Virus record (IMG/VR): IMGVR_UViG_3300037991_005364
Span: 1 to 54,308 of that record
Strand: one strand, 5' to 3'
Source of the DNA: a virus
Taxonomy: Duplodnaviria > Caudoviricetes
Length of the DNA: 54,308 bases
Made by a program: the position numbers and the translations under genes. This document shows positions 26,001 through 35,235 of the stretch, piece after piece; the first letter of the stretch is position 1, and the number at the start of each line of letters is the position of its first letter. Below the pieces are notes generated by a model. The model saw only the letters and a list, made by a program, of their open reading frames with translations, ran no database searches and was not told the origin of the DNA.

Positions 26001-29000
26001 TACTGGAGATATCTTCACAGTCAATTCTTATACTGCAGACAGATATAAGAGTGATATTCCAACAGTAGTAAATGGTACCAGAGTATCTGATCTTCTGGAC
26101 TTTAGACCAAGAGTAAGAGATTTTGATGCATCAACAGCAACAATGTCTCCATTTACTTATGATGCAAGAGAGTTCTCAACAAATTACAAATTTGTTGTTA
26201 CTCCTGATGAAACTACTAGAGTTGGTCTTAGTTACTATCTTCCTAGAGTTGACTTAGTATCAATTAATCGTCTTGGTCAGGTAAAAGTTATTCAAGGAGA
26301 ACCTTCAGAAGATCCTCAAGTACCAGATCTTGCAGATGATGCAATGGAAATTGCTCTTATTGCATATCCAGCATATCTCTATAATCCTACTAAAGATGCA
26401 GGAATTCTGTTAAGAGATAACAGAAGATTTACAATGAGAGATATTGGAAAACTTGAAGAACGAATTGAAAATCTTGAAGAGGTTACTTCTTTGAGTCTTC
26501 TTGAATTGAACACTGCTACAGTAGAAGTTACTGATGCTAACGGATTGAATAGATTCAAGTCAGGATTTATTGTTTCCGACTTTAAAGATAAATCTCTTTC
26601 AGATCCAAGATACACTAGGATAGATATCAATTCAGAACAAAATATGGGCATTTCACCCGTTGAGTTCTGGTCTATGAATGCAGAGCTTGCATGGGATGCT
26701 GCAGTTGATATTGAGAACGATCCTATTGAGGAACAAAATTTTCTTTTATCTGACAAGAATATTCAGAAAACTGGAGATTTGCTCACACTTAAATATGAAG
26801 AAGTTGATTGGTTAGATCAAGTTCAAGCAACTACAGTCGAAAATGTAAATCCATTTAAAGTCATTGTTTATGTTGGTGGTATTCAATTAACCCCGCCATC
26901 TGATAATTGGACTCGTACAATTTACATTAATCATAAGAGAACAGAATCTACTGGTGCTAAATGGGTACAAGAAGCATCTGTTCATACAGATGTTGATAGG
27001 AAAACTGAATATGTAACCTATAGAAAAGGTAGAGGTAGAAATGAGAGAAAAACTAGAGCATTTGTTACCACAACTACCACGAAGACAACAACATATAAAC
27101 CAAAACTTACAGGACCTTCTAGACAATTTGATTATGTTGAAAATGTTAAGGTTACTGGCACAGTAGATCCATTCATGCGTTCTAGGGAAGTATATTTCCT
27201 TGCAAATGGTCTGAAACCAGAGACAAAGCACTATCACTTCTTAGATAGTCAACAAGTCGATATTATTCCAAAATTGGTTAAGATTGACATGCAGTCTGGA
27301 ACTTTCAAGATAAACGAGAAAGTTGATATTTTCCAAGGTGGAAAGAAAATTGGTCATATGAAAATAAAAGAACCAAATCACAAGTTTGGTGATGAATCTA
27401 TTAAACCACTCGTTAGTAGTTCAATTTCTTATGAGAAGTATACTGTTAATCCATATGATAAAAAGAGTGTAGCACCACCATCAAATTATTCTGCAACTTC
27501 TAAAATTATTAATTTTGATCTTAAAAAGTTAGCAAATAATGAAGAATTTTATGGATATATTGCAAAAGGATGCAAAATTATAGGTAAAACAAGTGGAGCT
27601 GTCGCTAAGGTTAAAGAGTTTGAATTAATTAGTGATAATTGGGGAGATATTCAAGCATGTTTCCACTTCCGCGATCCAAATAAAAAACCAACACCAGCAG
27701 TAAAAGTTAAGAGTGGAACTAAAACATTAAAAATTACTGCTGTCCCCCCTGGTGTAACTCCACTCCCAGGTTCCACAACAAAAGCATCTGAAGCTATTGG
27801 TACTTATAGTGGTTCTGGCACCATTATTACACAAGAACAAACAAGGGTTAGTGTTAGGAATCCACCCAAACCAAAGGCAAAGAAAACTAACATTGAGGTT
27901 ACTGTTAAAGCACCACATAGAGATCCTCTTGCTCAATCTTTTCGTGTTGATAGTAATGGAATATTCCTTACTTCAATTGACTTGTTCTTTGCAAAGAAAG
28001 ATCCCAAGAAGAGTCTCTTTGTTGAACTTAGAACGGTAGAATTAGGAACTCCCACAAATCTTCTTGTACAAGATTTTGCACAGGCTGAATTATATCCTGA
28101 TCAAATCTCTACTTCTGATGATGCTTCTCTACCAACAACTGTTAAATTTAAATCACCAATATATCTTGAGGGAGATAAAGAATATGCAATTGTTCTTCTC
28201 TCACCTTCTTCTAATAAGTATGAAATGTGGACAGCGATTATGGGTGAGAAGACTGTTCAATCAGCAATTCTCCCAGATACAGAAAATATTATTGTTTCTA
28301 AGCAATACATTGGTGGATCTTTATTTAAGTCTCAAAATGGTACAATTTGGACTCCAAATCAGTATCAGGATTTAACATTTAAAATTAGAAAGGCAGAGTT
28401 TGTTGAAAAAGGCACACTGCTTGCATATAATAGTGGCATTGGACCCAAGGGATCTAATTCTTCAGATCTTCCTAAGAATCCAGTTGAACTTCTTCCAAGA
28501 AAATTAAAAGTAAGATGTTCAGGTTCTAATGCAGATGACACTACAAACTTCACTCCAGGAACAATGGTTGGAGTTACTGGTAATAATGATTTGTACGGAT
28601 TCATTGAGAGAGTCGGTGGTGGTCTTGTAACAGGTGTAAATTCTGGAGAAATTGCAAATCCTGGTATCGGATATAGTGCTAGTGTATCTCCAGATTTAGT
28701 AAGTCTTTATACCCTTACCGGTAAAGGTAGTGGAGCAACTGCTAAAGTAACTACAAATTCTAGTGGTGAAGTTACTGAGATTAATGTTCTTACTAGTGGT
28801 GAAGGATATTCTGTTGGTGATTTGTTGGGAATTACAACTGCAAATGTTCAGAAAGGATCTGGTGCAATTTTTGCAGTCAATAATATTGGTGTTACTAGTA
28901 CTTTGTATCTTAATAACGTACAAGGTGAGCATTTCCCAATAGGTGTACGTCTTGAAAGATTTGTTACAGATTATAATGTAAGTTCCAAAACGCAAGGTTC

Positions 29001-30402
29001 TGCAAACTTTGTTGTTGAAAATTCATTAATTATTGATGAAAAATTTGATGGCAATGTTATGAAGATTCTTCAATATAATCATGCACATCATGGTGCAAAT
29101 AATGATGTGGAAATTGTTGATGTAGAATCAGATAGAGAAAAAGTAAAACTTACTGCCAATTTGGACATAAATGGAACTGTTGTCTCTGTTGCAGATACTA
29201 CACCATTTGCCACCTATGAAGGCATTTCAACTGCCGGCGGATATGCAAAAATTGCAAATGAAATTATTGAATATAGTGGAATTAACAACACTTCAGGCAA
29301 TGCTGGTACTTTAACCATCGTCACTAGAGCAGTTGATTCAACTACACAATCGGCACATACCACTGATGACTTTATTCAACCATATGAAGTTGGAGGAGTT
29401 AATCTGAGAAGAATTAATACAACTCATGATTTACCTGCAACTTATTATACTGATGAAAATGATAATTTCGATCATTATCATTTAAGATTTGATAGAAGTA
29501 CTCCTTACTCTAGCAGAGATACTGGTGGAAGTATGTTAAACTTCAGTGGACAGAAAGCAGTTGGTGGAAATAGTGTTGGTATTTCGCAAAACTATCAATT
29601 TAGTTCTCTTGTTCCACAATTTAACTATATTACTCCAGGAAAAGACACTAAAATTAATGCATTAGTAAGAACCATTTCTGGAACTAGTGCTGGTGGAAAT
29701 GAAGTTTCATTTATCGATCAAGGTTATGAACCAATTACTATCAATAAAGTGAAGCATTTTGATACTCCAAGATTAGTTGCATCTAAAGTAAATGAAAAAG
29801 AGCATCTCACATCTTTACCTAAAAATAAATCATTGACTTTGCGCGTTGATTTTTCAAGAGGCGAAGATAAGAATCTCTCTCCGGTAATGGATATTCAGAA
29901 TGCAACTTGGATTCTTGGTAGAAATAAGGTTAATAATCCGATTAACAATTATATTATGGATGCTAGAACAAATACTATAGAACATGATCCTCATAGCACT
30001 GTTTTTGTTACAAGAATGACATCTATTGAACAACCAGCAACTAGTTTGAAAGTTCTTATTGCAGCGTGTGTACAAGAATCTGCAGATATTAGAGTTCTGT
30101 ATAGACTTCATAGAGCAGATTCTGCTGAAATTGATCAATCATTTACTCCATTCCCTGGATATGACAATACTAAAGACACTGATGGTGATGGATTTGGTGA
30201 TCAAATTATCGATGTAACTAAAAATAGCGGAAGACCAGATGCCAAAATGCCAGCAAATAATCCAGAAACTTTCTCAGAATATCAATTCTCTGTAAATAAT
30301 TTGGAACAGTTTGATGGATTTAGTATCAAAATTGTTACTTCTTCCACTAATGAGTCAACACCAGTAAAACTGAAAGACTTTAGATGTATTGCACTTGCAT
30401 AA
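23026..30402 (+). CDS. Large virion structural protein, DUF4815/VrlC-like (2458 aa)
   Basis: PYYDDFD...VLFKPG.PVQARELT.LQSILQ; APGADRLK; RTFEESGNY; DPLAQSF; GSLFKSQNG. Confidence 0.85.
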   Translation: MPQKTNLNVNPYYDDFDRDNNFYKVLFKPGYPVQARELTGLQSILQSQVESFGTHMFKEGSMVIPGGITCDNEFTTIKVNETHLGLDISIYLDALVNANDGKGVEVRGQDTDITATINGYILPPNEDAEEITLFVKYDSSAEDGETEFFSDSEVLLIEENVTYGNTTLNAGDTILSLIPNDASKIGYAVGVASGVYFIRGYFVDVPDAQIVLDLYNNEPSYRVGFEVIEQVVNSDQDSSLNDNAKGYTNFAAPGADRLKIETRLTKKNLQDYNDTNFIELVRIDNGEIKKLEAKTQYNFIKDYFAKRTFEESGNYAVDSFTVDVLDSLNNETGGAGLFAENQLTDEGNSPNEDLMCVKVSAGTAYVKGFDVDLVGSTVIDVPKPRTTKSIPETRVPFSMGSLIKVNNVTGVPYISIGTQAGQNTYDNVIELFDERRNTSTNNAGTGRKIGEGRVYWYGVSDAAYEGATTDWDLYLFDIQTYTDIYVSSEINDNNVIPLGSYVRGLSSGAKGYIDSKRSPLCMSLTQTSGVFQRGEQIIVNEIEEYTFGITAVEEFTIEDIKSVYQNSTNLDSSIQKDFIADTILYEKSLPDFSKNDKLLVTGGNTGKVPGRFFAGVTGIKTGAILKYQNAAGTDPNFNVISSINSNGDTLTLTAPDNSVTGICNKSVSNGESNFSLMVPKILNSQQSGLYSELPRFTVASVDLSDAELLITRQISGKSTNSNGEMTLTVTDFLGSAVGITSVFFEAFDAERYSIHYSNGDTETLTSDQFTYGATEVTFKGLTASQNNVVVIGTLRKTDVTHKTNDYVKSNIVSVTRTNGKSPATAGLTTSKFYGLRIEDEEISLNTADVVNLVAVYESTNDAAPILDSLTFATGLALNQNAIIGEKIVGQTSRAIGQVVEVTATTVTYVPLNDNDFAVGEEVSFKSSSLSLVLQETTPGSYVDRTDNYVLDKAHTNQIVDYSRIRRRDGFAIPTKQLQIIHNQYRVSAGSTNTGDIFTVNSYTADRYKSDIPTVVNGTRVSDLLDFRPRVRDFDASTATMSPFTYDAREFSTNYKFVVTPDETTRVGLSYYLPRVDLVSINRLGQVKVIQGEPSEDPQVPDLADDAMEIALIAYPAYLYNPTKDAGILLRDNRRFTMRDIGKLEERIENLEEVTSLSLLELNTATVEVTDANGLNRFKSGFIVSDFKDKSLSDPRYTRIDINSEQNMGISPVEFWSMNAELAWDAAVDIENDPIEEQNFLLSDKNIQKTGDLLTLKYEEVDWLDQVQATTVENVNPFKVIVYVGGIQLTPPSDNWTRTIYINHKRTESTGAKWVQEASVHTDVDRKTEYVTYRKGRGRNERKTRAFVTTTTTKTTTYKPKLTGPSRQFDYVENVKVTGTVDPFMRSREVYFLANGLKPETKHYHFLDSQQVDIIPKLVKIDMQSGTFKINEKVDIFQGGKKIGHMKIKEPNHKFGDESIKPLVSSSISYEKYTVNPYDKKSVAPPSNYSATSKIINFDLKKLANNEEFYGYIAKGCKIIGKTSGAVAKVKEFELISDNWGDIQACFHFRDPNKKPTPAVKVKSGTKTLKITAVPPGVTPLPGSTTKASEAIGTYSGSGTIITQEQTRVSVRNPPKPKAKKTNIEVTVKAPHRDPLAQSFRVDSNGIFLTSIDLFFAKKDPKKSLFVELRTVELGTPTNLLVQDFAQAELYPDQISTSDDASLPTTVKFKSPIYLEGDKEYAIVLLSPSSNKYEMWTAIMGEKTVQSAILPDTENIIVSKQYIGGSLFKSQNGTIWTPNQYQDLTFKIRKAEFVEKGTLLAYNSGIGPKGSNSSDLPKNPVELLPRKLKVRCSGSNADDTTNFTPGTMVGVTGNNDLYGFIERVGGGLVTGVNSGEIANPGIGYSASVSPDLVSLYTLTGKGSGATAKVTTNSSGEVTEINVLTSGEGYSVGDLLGITTANVQKGSGAIFAVNNIGVTSTLYLNNVQGEHFPIGVRLERFVTDYNVSSKTQGSANFVVENSLIIDEKFDGNVMKILQYNHAHHGANNDVEIVDVESDREKVKLTANLDINGTVVSVADTTPFATYEGISTAGGYAKIANEIIEYSGINNTSGNAGTLTIVTRAVDSTTQSAHTTDDFIQPYEVGGVNLRRINTTHDLPATYYTDENDNFDHYHLRFDRSTPYSSRDTGGSMLNFSGQKAVGGNSVGISQNYQFSSLVPQFNYITPGKDTKINALVRTISGTSAGGNEVSFIDQGYEPITINKVKHFDTPRLVASKVNEKEHLTSLPKNKSLTLRVDFSRGEDKNLSPVMDIQNATWILGRNKVNNPINNYIMDARTNTIEHDPHSTVFVTRMTSIEQPATSLKVLIAACVQESADIRVLYRLHRADSAEIDQSFTPFPGYDNTKDTDGDGFGDQIIDVTKNSGRPDAKMPANNPETFSEYQFSVNNLEQFDGFSIKIVTSSTNESTPVKLKDFRCIALA

Positions 30403-30403
30403 T

Positions 30404-30628
30404 ATGGCACACCCAGAATATCCAGATTTAATTCCTGTTGAGGGACATAAAAACTTGTACCGAGACAGGAATACTGGTTCTATTGTTAATACTGATAAAA
30501 ATAATTATGATAACTATATGAAAGTGAAACGAATGAAACAGAATGAAAGGAATGAACTTGATACAATTAAGTCGGACATAGAAGAAATTAAATCTTTATT
30601 GAGGGAGCTTACTAATGGATCCAAATGA
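30404..30628 (+). CDS. Small conserved protein with a C-terminal coiled coil (start at 30404)
   Basis: IPVEGHKNLYRD..TGSIVN.D...Y; LDTIKSDIEEIKSLLREL. Confidence 0.8.
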   Translation: MAHPEYPDLIPVEGHKNLYRDRNTGSIVNTDKNNYDNYMKVKRMKQNERNELDTIKSDIEEIKSLLRELTNGSK

Positions 30629-30794
30629 AATTAAATTGACAGCACTTTCTAAGGAATTTGCATATCAAAAAATAGCAAATGAATTGGATAGTTGTGATAG
30701 TGTTTCTGTAATGAGAGATATTGCAAAATCTTATGCAAAACTTTATTTGAAACAACAAGAAGTAGTTGCTGGACTAGGACTTGAAGGCATATAA
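30615..30794 (+). CDS. 59-aa helical protein, NblA-like candidate (not in the ORF track)
   Basis: MDPNEIKLTALSKEFAYQKIANELDSCDSVSVMRDIAKSYAKLYLKQQEVVAGLGLEGI; GGGAG upstream. The gene is well supported; the function is tentative. Confidence 0.6.
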   Translation: MDPNEIKLTALSKEFAYQKIANELDSCDSVSVMRDIAKSYAKLYLKQQEVVAGLGLEGI

Positions 30795-30797
30795 ATA
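30790..30797 (+). promoter_or_regulatory. T4 late promoter TATAAATA
   Basis: Exact consensus upstream of ORF 30824. Confidence 0.85.
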
Positions 30798-30823
30798 TTT
30801 CTACAATCCAGAACTGTACATAA

Positions 30824-31051
30824 ATGGCCGACATTAAAGTCAGAGTGGGAGCAAAACCAGCAACAAAAATTATCTCTTCATTTACTGGTGCTAATACTGG
30901 ATCTTTGGCCGATTTGTCTGATGTTAATATTCAGAATTTGTCTAATGGTATGGTTCTCGTCTATAATAGCGCCACAGGAAAATGGGATGCGACATTAGCA
31001 CTCACCCCAGGTGATACGCAGAATTTAGACATTAACGGGGGAGTCTTCTAA
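30824..31051 (+). CDS. Small fibre-associated protein
   Basis: LADLSDVNI....NG.VLVYN...GKW motif typical of phage fibre proteins; ends INGGVF. Confidence 0.75.
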   Translation: MADIKVRVGAKPATKIISSFTGANTGSLADLSDVNIQNLSNGMVLVYNSATGKWDATLALTPGDTQNLDINGGVF

Positions 31052-31052
31052 A

Positions 31053-32762
31053 ATGGCAAGTATTATTAGGATCAAAAGATCCTTAGGTACATCTAAACCA
31101 TCAAGTTTGCAGTGGGGTGAATACGGATATGTAACTGGTATTGGTAGTTACGGGGGAACAAATCAATACAAAGATAGAATTTTTTTGGGAGATGATGGCA
31201 ATAATGTAAATCCAATAGGTGGATATTATTACACCTCAATGATGGAACATACCCCAGGTTCCATTCAGGGTGTTGAAAATACAAGAAATTCAGATAAGGG
31301 TGTTGTTGCTGTTCTTGCTCCAGCAACAAATACTGGTTTGAGTGGAGTCGAGTCACTTAAAGTTGATCAGTGGAACGTAGATAATATTAGAATTGATGGA
31401 AATATAATTTCATCAACAGACACTGATGGTGATATTGATCTTGTTCCCAATGGTTCTGGTGAAGTTCATATTCCAGATGATACTTTTTTATCATTTGGTA
31501 ATGATAAGGATGCAAAAATTGAATATGATGAAGATGGTCTTAATCAGTTATCTTTTACTGGTGCCGACATAAGAATTAATGTTGCAACAGAATCTAATTC
31601 TAAAGACACTGGTGCTCTAATTGTTGAGGGTGGTGTTGGTATTGAGAAAAATCTCAATATTGGAGGACAACTTGATGTTGAAGGAAGCCTCAATCTTGAA
31701 GGTGCCGCTATCATTGATAGTATTAAAATTCAAGACAATATTATATCTTCATTATCTGGTAGTAGTAATATTTTATACTTAGATCCACATCCCGACGGAT
31801 TAAGTAGTGAGGGCACAGTTATTATTAAAGGTAGTCTTCAAGTTGATGGCACAACAACATCAGTTAATTCTACTACTTCAACACTAAATAATCCAATTTT
31901 TCATATTGGGGATTTAACTACCAAAAAAACCGTAATGACAACGGTTGTTTCTGGTGTTAGCACCATTAGATTAGATTCTATTGTTGGTATCAATACTGGC
32001 GATATTGTATCTGGTAATGCAGGTCTAAATGTAGGTGCTGCAAACACAGTATTATCATATGACACTACAAATAAAATTGTTACCTTGACTGATGCCACTA
32101 TTTCTGGTATCGCAACTACAACTGAATTAACTATCACTCACGCATATGATACTGATACTGACAGAGGTATTTCGTTTGCGTATAATGATGGCATTGGTAG
32201 TGGAACTTCTGGCAATAAAACAGGTTTCTTTGGGTATATCGATCAAGGAAATGTCGGAAGTGCAGCAACAAATCGATCTTGGACTTATATTCCAGATGCT
32301 ACTGTTTCAAATAGTCTTGTAAGTGGAACACGAGGATACTTAGACATAAAAGGTATCTACTATCAAAACGGTGATTTTAATCATAATGGATTGGTTTATT
32401 TTGATGTTGATGGTTTACAAACCTCGACAGGTTCTCCATCATCACCTCTAAATGCTTCAAAACAGATAATGACTGCAGTAACAAAGAGAATTCTCAATCT
32501 CCCCAGTAATGTTACTTTAACAAAAGGTGATATTGTTAAGCAAGATACTTCGGATGCTTATGGAGTGGTTGAAAGTAATGTAAATAATAGTACAGAAATT
32601 CCACTTATTGGTGTTGAAGGTACATTTAACACATCAAATAATTTAAGAATGGAGGGTTCAAATGGGTCTATATCTAACCTATCATTATCTCCCGATAGTG
32701 TTGGTGTAATATATACTGATAGACCACAATGGACTGATAGTTTCGATGGAGGCATTTTTTAA
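31053..32762 (+). CDS. Fibre-like structural protein
   Basis: N-terminal MASIIRIKRS; VDNIRIDGN.IS; TGALIVEGGVGI.KNLNIGG; LQVDGTTTSVNST; DRGISF; ends FDGGIF. Confidence 0.8.
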   Translation: MASIIRIKRSLGTSKPSSLQWGEYGYVTGIGSYGGTNQYKDRIFLGDDGNNVNPIGGYYYTSMMEHTPGSIQGVENTRNSDKGVVAVLAPATNTGLSGVESLKVDQWNVDNIRIDGNIISSTDTDGDIDLVPNGSGEVHIPDDTFLSFGNDKDAKIEYDEDGLNQLSFTGADIRINVATESNSKDTGALIVEGGVGIEKNLNIGGQLDVEGSLNLEGAAIIDSIKIQDNIISSLSGSSNILYLDPHPDGLSSEGTVIIKGSLQVDGTTTSVNSTTSTLNNPIFHIGDLTTKKTVMTTVVSGVSTIRLDSIVGINTGDIVSGNAGLNVGAANTVLSYDTTNKIVTLTDATISGIATTTELTITHAYDTDTDRGISFAYNDGIGSGTSGNKTGFFGYIDQGNVGSAATNRSWTYIPDATVSNSLVSGTRGYLDIKGIYYQNGDFNHNGLVYFDVDGLQTSTGSPSSPLNASKQIMTAVTKRILNLPSNVTLTKGDIVKQDTSDAYGVVESNVNNSTEIPLIGVEGTFNTSNNLRMEGSNGSISNLSLSPDSVGVIYTDRPQWTDSFDGGIF

Positions 32763-32766
32763 TACT

Positions 32767-32958
32767 ATGGACAATCAAGGTGAAGTGGATATAAATGTTC
32801 TTGTTAAACTTTATAATTCAAAATTAGCAGTATTAACAAATCAAAATGTTCTTCTTGAAGCAAAACTTACTACTTTATCTCAAGACTTTCATCAAAAATA
32901 TGAGGAATTGAAACAAGAAAATGCACAATTAAAATCAAAATTAGAAGTACAGGAGTAA
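32767..32958 (+). CDS. Small coiled-coil protein (start at 32767)
   Basis: VDINVLVKLYNSKLAVLTNQNVLLEAKL heptads; lies just before gp13. Confidence 0.75.
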   Translation: MDNQGEVDINVLVKLYNSKLAVLTNQNVLLEAKLTTLSQDFHQKYEELKQENAQLKSKLEVQE

Positions 32959-32959
32959 T

Positions 32960-33805
32960 ATGGCAAAACCATCAACTAGACAAGGTTTAATTGACTATTG
33001 CTTACGTCAACTCGGTGCTCCCGTTTTAGAAATTAACGTGGATGATGACCAGATTGATGATTTAGTTGATGATGCCATTCAATATTTCAATGAACGTCAT
33101 TATGACGGCGTTGAGAAAATGTATTTGAAATATCAAATAACACAAGATGATGTCGATCGTGGTCAGGCAAAAGGTACCACTGGTGTTGGTATTGTAACTA
33201 CCACTGCCACATCCACATCTATCAGTGGATATGGTACAACAACATCAAATTTTTACGAAACATCAAACTTCATTCAAGTACCAGATTCTGTTATCGGTAT
33301 TGAAAGAATTTTTAAATTTGATACTAATAGCATTTCTGGAGGAATGTTTAGTATTAAATATCAACTTTTCTTAAACGATTTATATTATTTCAATTCAGTT
33401 GAACTCTTGCAATATGCAATGACGAAGACTTATCTTGAAGATATTGATTTCTTATTGACCCCAGATAAACAGATTAGATTCAATAAAAGACAAGATAGAT
33501 TATATCTCGATATTGATTGGGGATCTCAAGAAGTAGGGGAGTTTATGGTATTAGAATGCTATAGAGCATTAGATCCTGATTCATTTACTCAAATTTATAA
33601 TGATAGTTGGATGAAACAATATCTTACTGCACTCATCAAGAGACAGTGGGGAAGGAATTTGAGTAAATTTAGAGGAGTAAAACTTCCTGGTGGAATTGAA
33701 CTAAATGGGGGAGAAATCCTTCAGCAAGCAGAATCCGAACTATCGGATATCAAATCAAGAATGATGTCTGAATATGAATTACCACCCTTAGACTTTATTG
33801 GATAA
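32960..33805 (+). CDS. g13: Neck protein gp13
   Basis: LIDYCLRQLGAPVLEINVDDDQIDD; QWGRNLSKF.GV.LPGG..LNG. Confidence 0.95.
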   Translation: MAKPSTRQGLIDYCLRQLGAPVLEINVDDDQIDDLVDDAIQYFNERHYDGVEKMYLKYQITQDDVDRGQAKGTTGVGIVTTTATSTSISGYGTTTSNFYETSNFIQVPDSVIGIERIFKFDTNSISGGMFSIKYQLFLNDLYYFNSVELLQYAMTKTYLEDIDFLLTPDKQIRFNKRQDRLYLDIDWGSQEVGEFMVLECYRALDPDSFTQIYNDSWMKQYLTALIKRQWGRNLSKFRGVKLPGGIELNGGEILQQAESELSDIKSRMMSEYELPPLDFIG

Positions 33806-35235
33806 TGGCTCTTAATCCCTTTTTTCTTCAAGGTACACAGTCTGAGCAAAGACTTGTTCAGGATATAATCAATGAACACCTGAGATTTCATGGTGTAGAA
33901 ATAACATATATTCCAAGAAAATTTGTAAATAAAAAAAATATTATTGAAGAGGTTCAGTCATCTAAATTTGATGATAATTTTGCAATCGAAGCTTATCTTA
34001 ATACATATGATGGATATGGTGGTGCAGGAGATATTTTAACAAAATTTGGTGTAAGTATAAGAGATGAGTTAATAATAACAATTTCAAAAGAAAGATTTGA
34101 AGATTTCATTGCTACATTCATGTCAAGTGTTGATGATGGTGAATTATTAACAGCAACAAGACCTAGAGAAGGTGATTTAGTTTATTTTCCCTTAGGACAA
34201 AGATTATTTGAAGTAAAATTTGTAGAGCATGAAGATCCTTTCTTTCAATTAGGAAAGAACTATGTTTATCAATTGAAGTGTGAACTCTTTGAATATGAAG
34301 ATGAAGTTATCGATACATCCATTACAGAAATTGATACTCAAGTTCAGGAGGAGGGTATTATTTCTACCCTTAAATTGATTGGTGTTGGAAGAACTGCTTC
34401 TGCATCCCCCGTCTTAAATGGATCAGTAACTGGTGGATATATTGAAGAAATATTCTTAAATAATGATGGTTCTGGATATACCTCTTTACCAAATATAGAA
34501 ATTACTTCATCTCCAACTGGTGAAGTTGGAGATAATGCTGAAGCAGTTGGTTTCTTAACCACCAGAGGTGGTGTCACATCTCTTGAAAAGATTTTACTCA
34601 TCAATGCTGGCGCTGGATATACTGTTGCACCTACAATTACAATTACTGGAGGTGGTGGAACTGGTGCTGCGGCAACTTGTAATATTGTAACTGATGCTAT
34701 AGGTATAATTAAGTATAATATTGTAGACGGAGGTGTTGGATATGGTACAGCACCTACAGTTACAATAACTACTGGAGGTAGTGGAACTGGTGCTGTTGGT
34801 ATTGCATCTATTGGTTTGAATTCTTTTGGGGATAATGTATTAAAATTAATTTATGTCAGTAATCCAGGTAAAGGATACAGTCAAGTATTTCCATCTCCAA
34901 TAGTTACGATTTCGGCTCCAGAATCAATTAGTGGTATTGGAACATATATTTTTAATGAAATTATTATTGGAGAAAGATCTAAGACTGAGGCGAGAGTTAA
35001 AGAATGGGATCAGGATACAAACATACTTAAAGTATCCAATGTCAGTATTGGTTCCACTCAACTTGGATTTTTTCCAGGAGAAATTATTAGAGGAAAAGAA
35101 TCTGGAGCAAAATATTTAATACAGTCATTTAGTCAAGATGATATATACAATGAGTATACTGAAAATGATATCTTTGAATCTGAAGCAGATGATATCTTAG
35201 ACTTCAGTGAATCTAATCCCTTTGGAACATTCTAA
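33805..35235 (+). CDS. g14: Neck protein gp14 with an internal repeat insertion
   Basis: EQ.LVQD...E.LRFHG....YIPR; RPREGDLVYFP; LFEVKFVEHEDPFFQLGK; DFSESNPFG. Confidence 0.92.
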   Translation: MALNPFFLQGTQSEQRLVQDIINEHLRFHGVEITYIPRKFVNKKNIIEEVQSSKFDDNFAIEAYLNTYDGYGGAGDILTKFGVSIRDELIITISKERFEDFIATFMSSVDDGELLTATRPREGDLVYFPLGQRLFEVKFVEHEDPFFQLGKNYVYQLKCELFEYEDEVIDTSITEIDTQVQEEGIISTLKLIGVGRTASASPVLNGSVTGGYIEEIFLNNDGSGYTSLPNIEITSSPTGEVGDNAEAVGFLTTRGGVTSLEKILLINAGAGYTVAPTITITGGGGTGAAATCNIVTDAIGIIKYNIVDGGVGYGTAPTVTITTGGSGTGAVGIASIGLNSFGDNVLKLIYVSNPGKGYSQVFPSPIVTISAPESISGIGTYIFNEIIIGERSKTEARVKEWDQDTNILKVSNVSIGSTQLGFFPGEIIRGKESGAKYLIQSFSQDDIYNEYTENDIFESEADDILDFSESNPFGTF

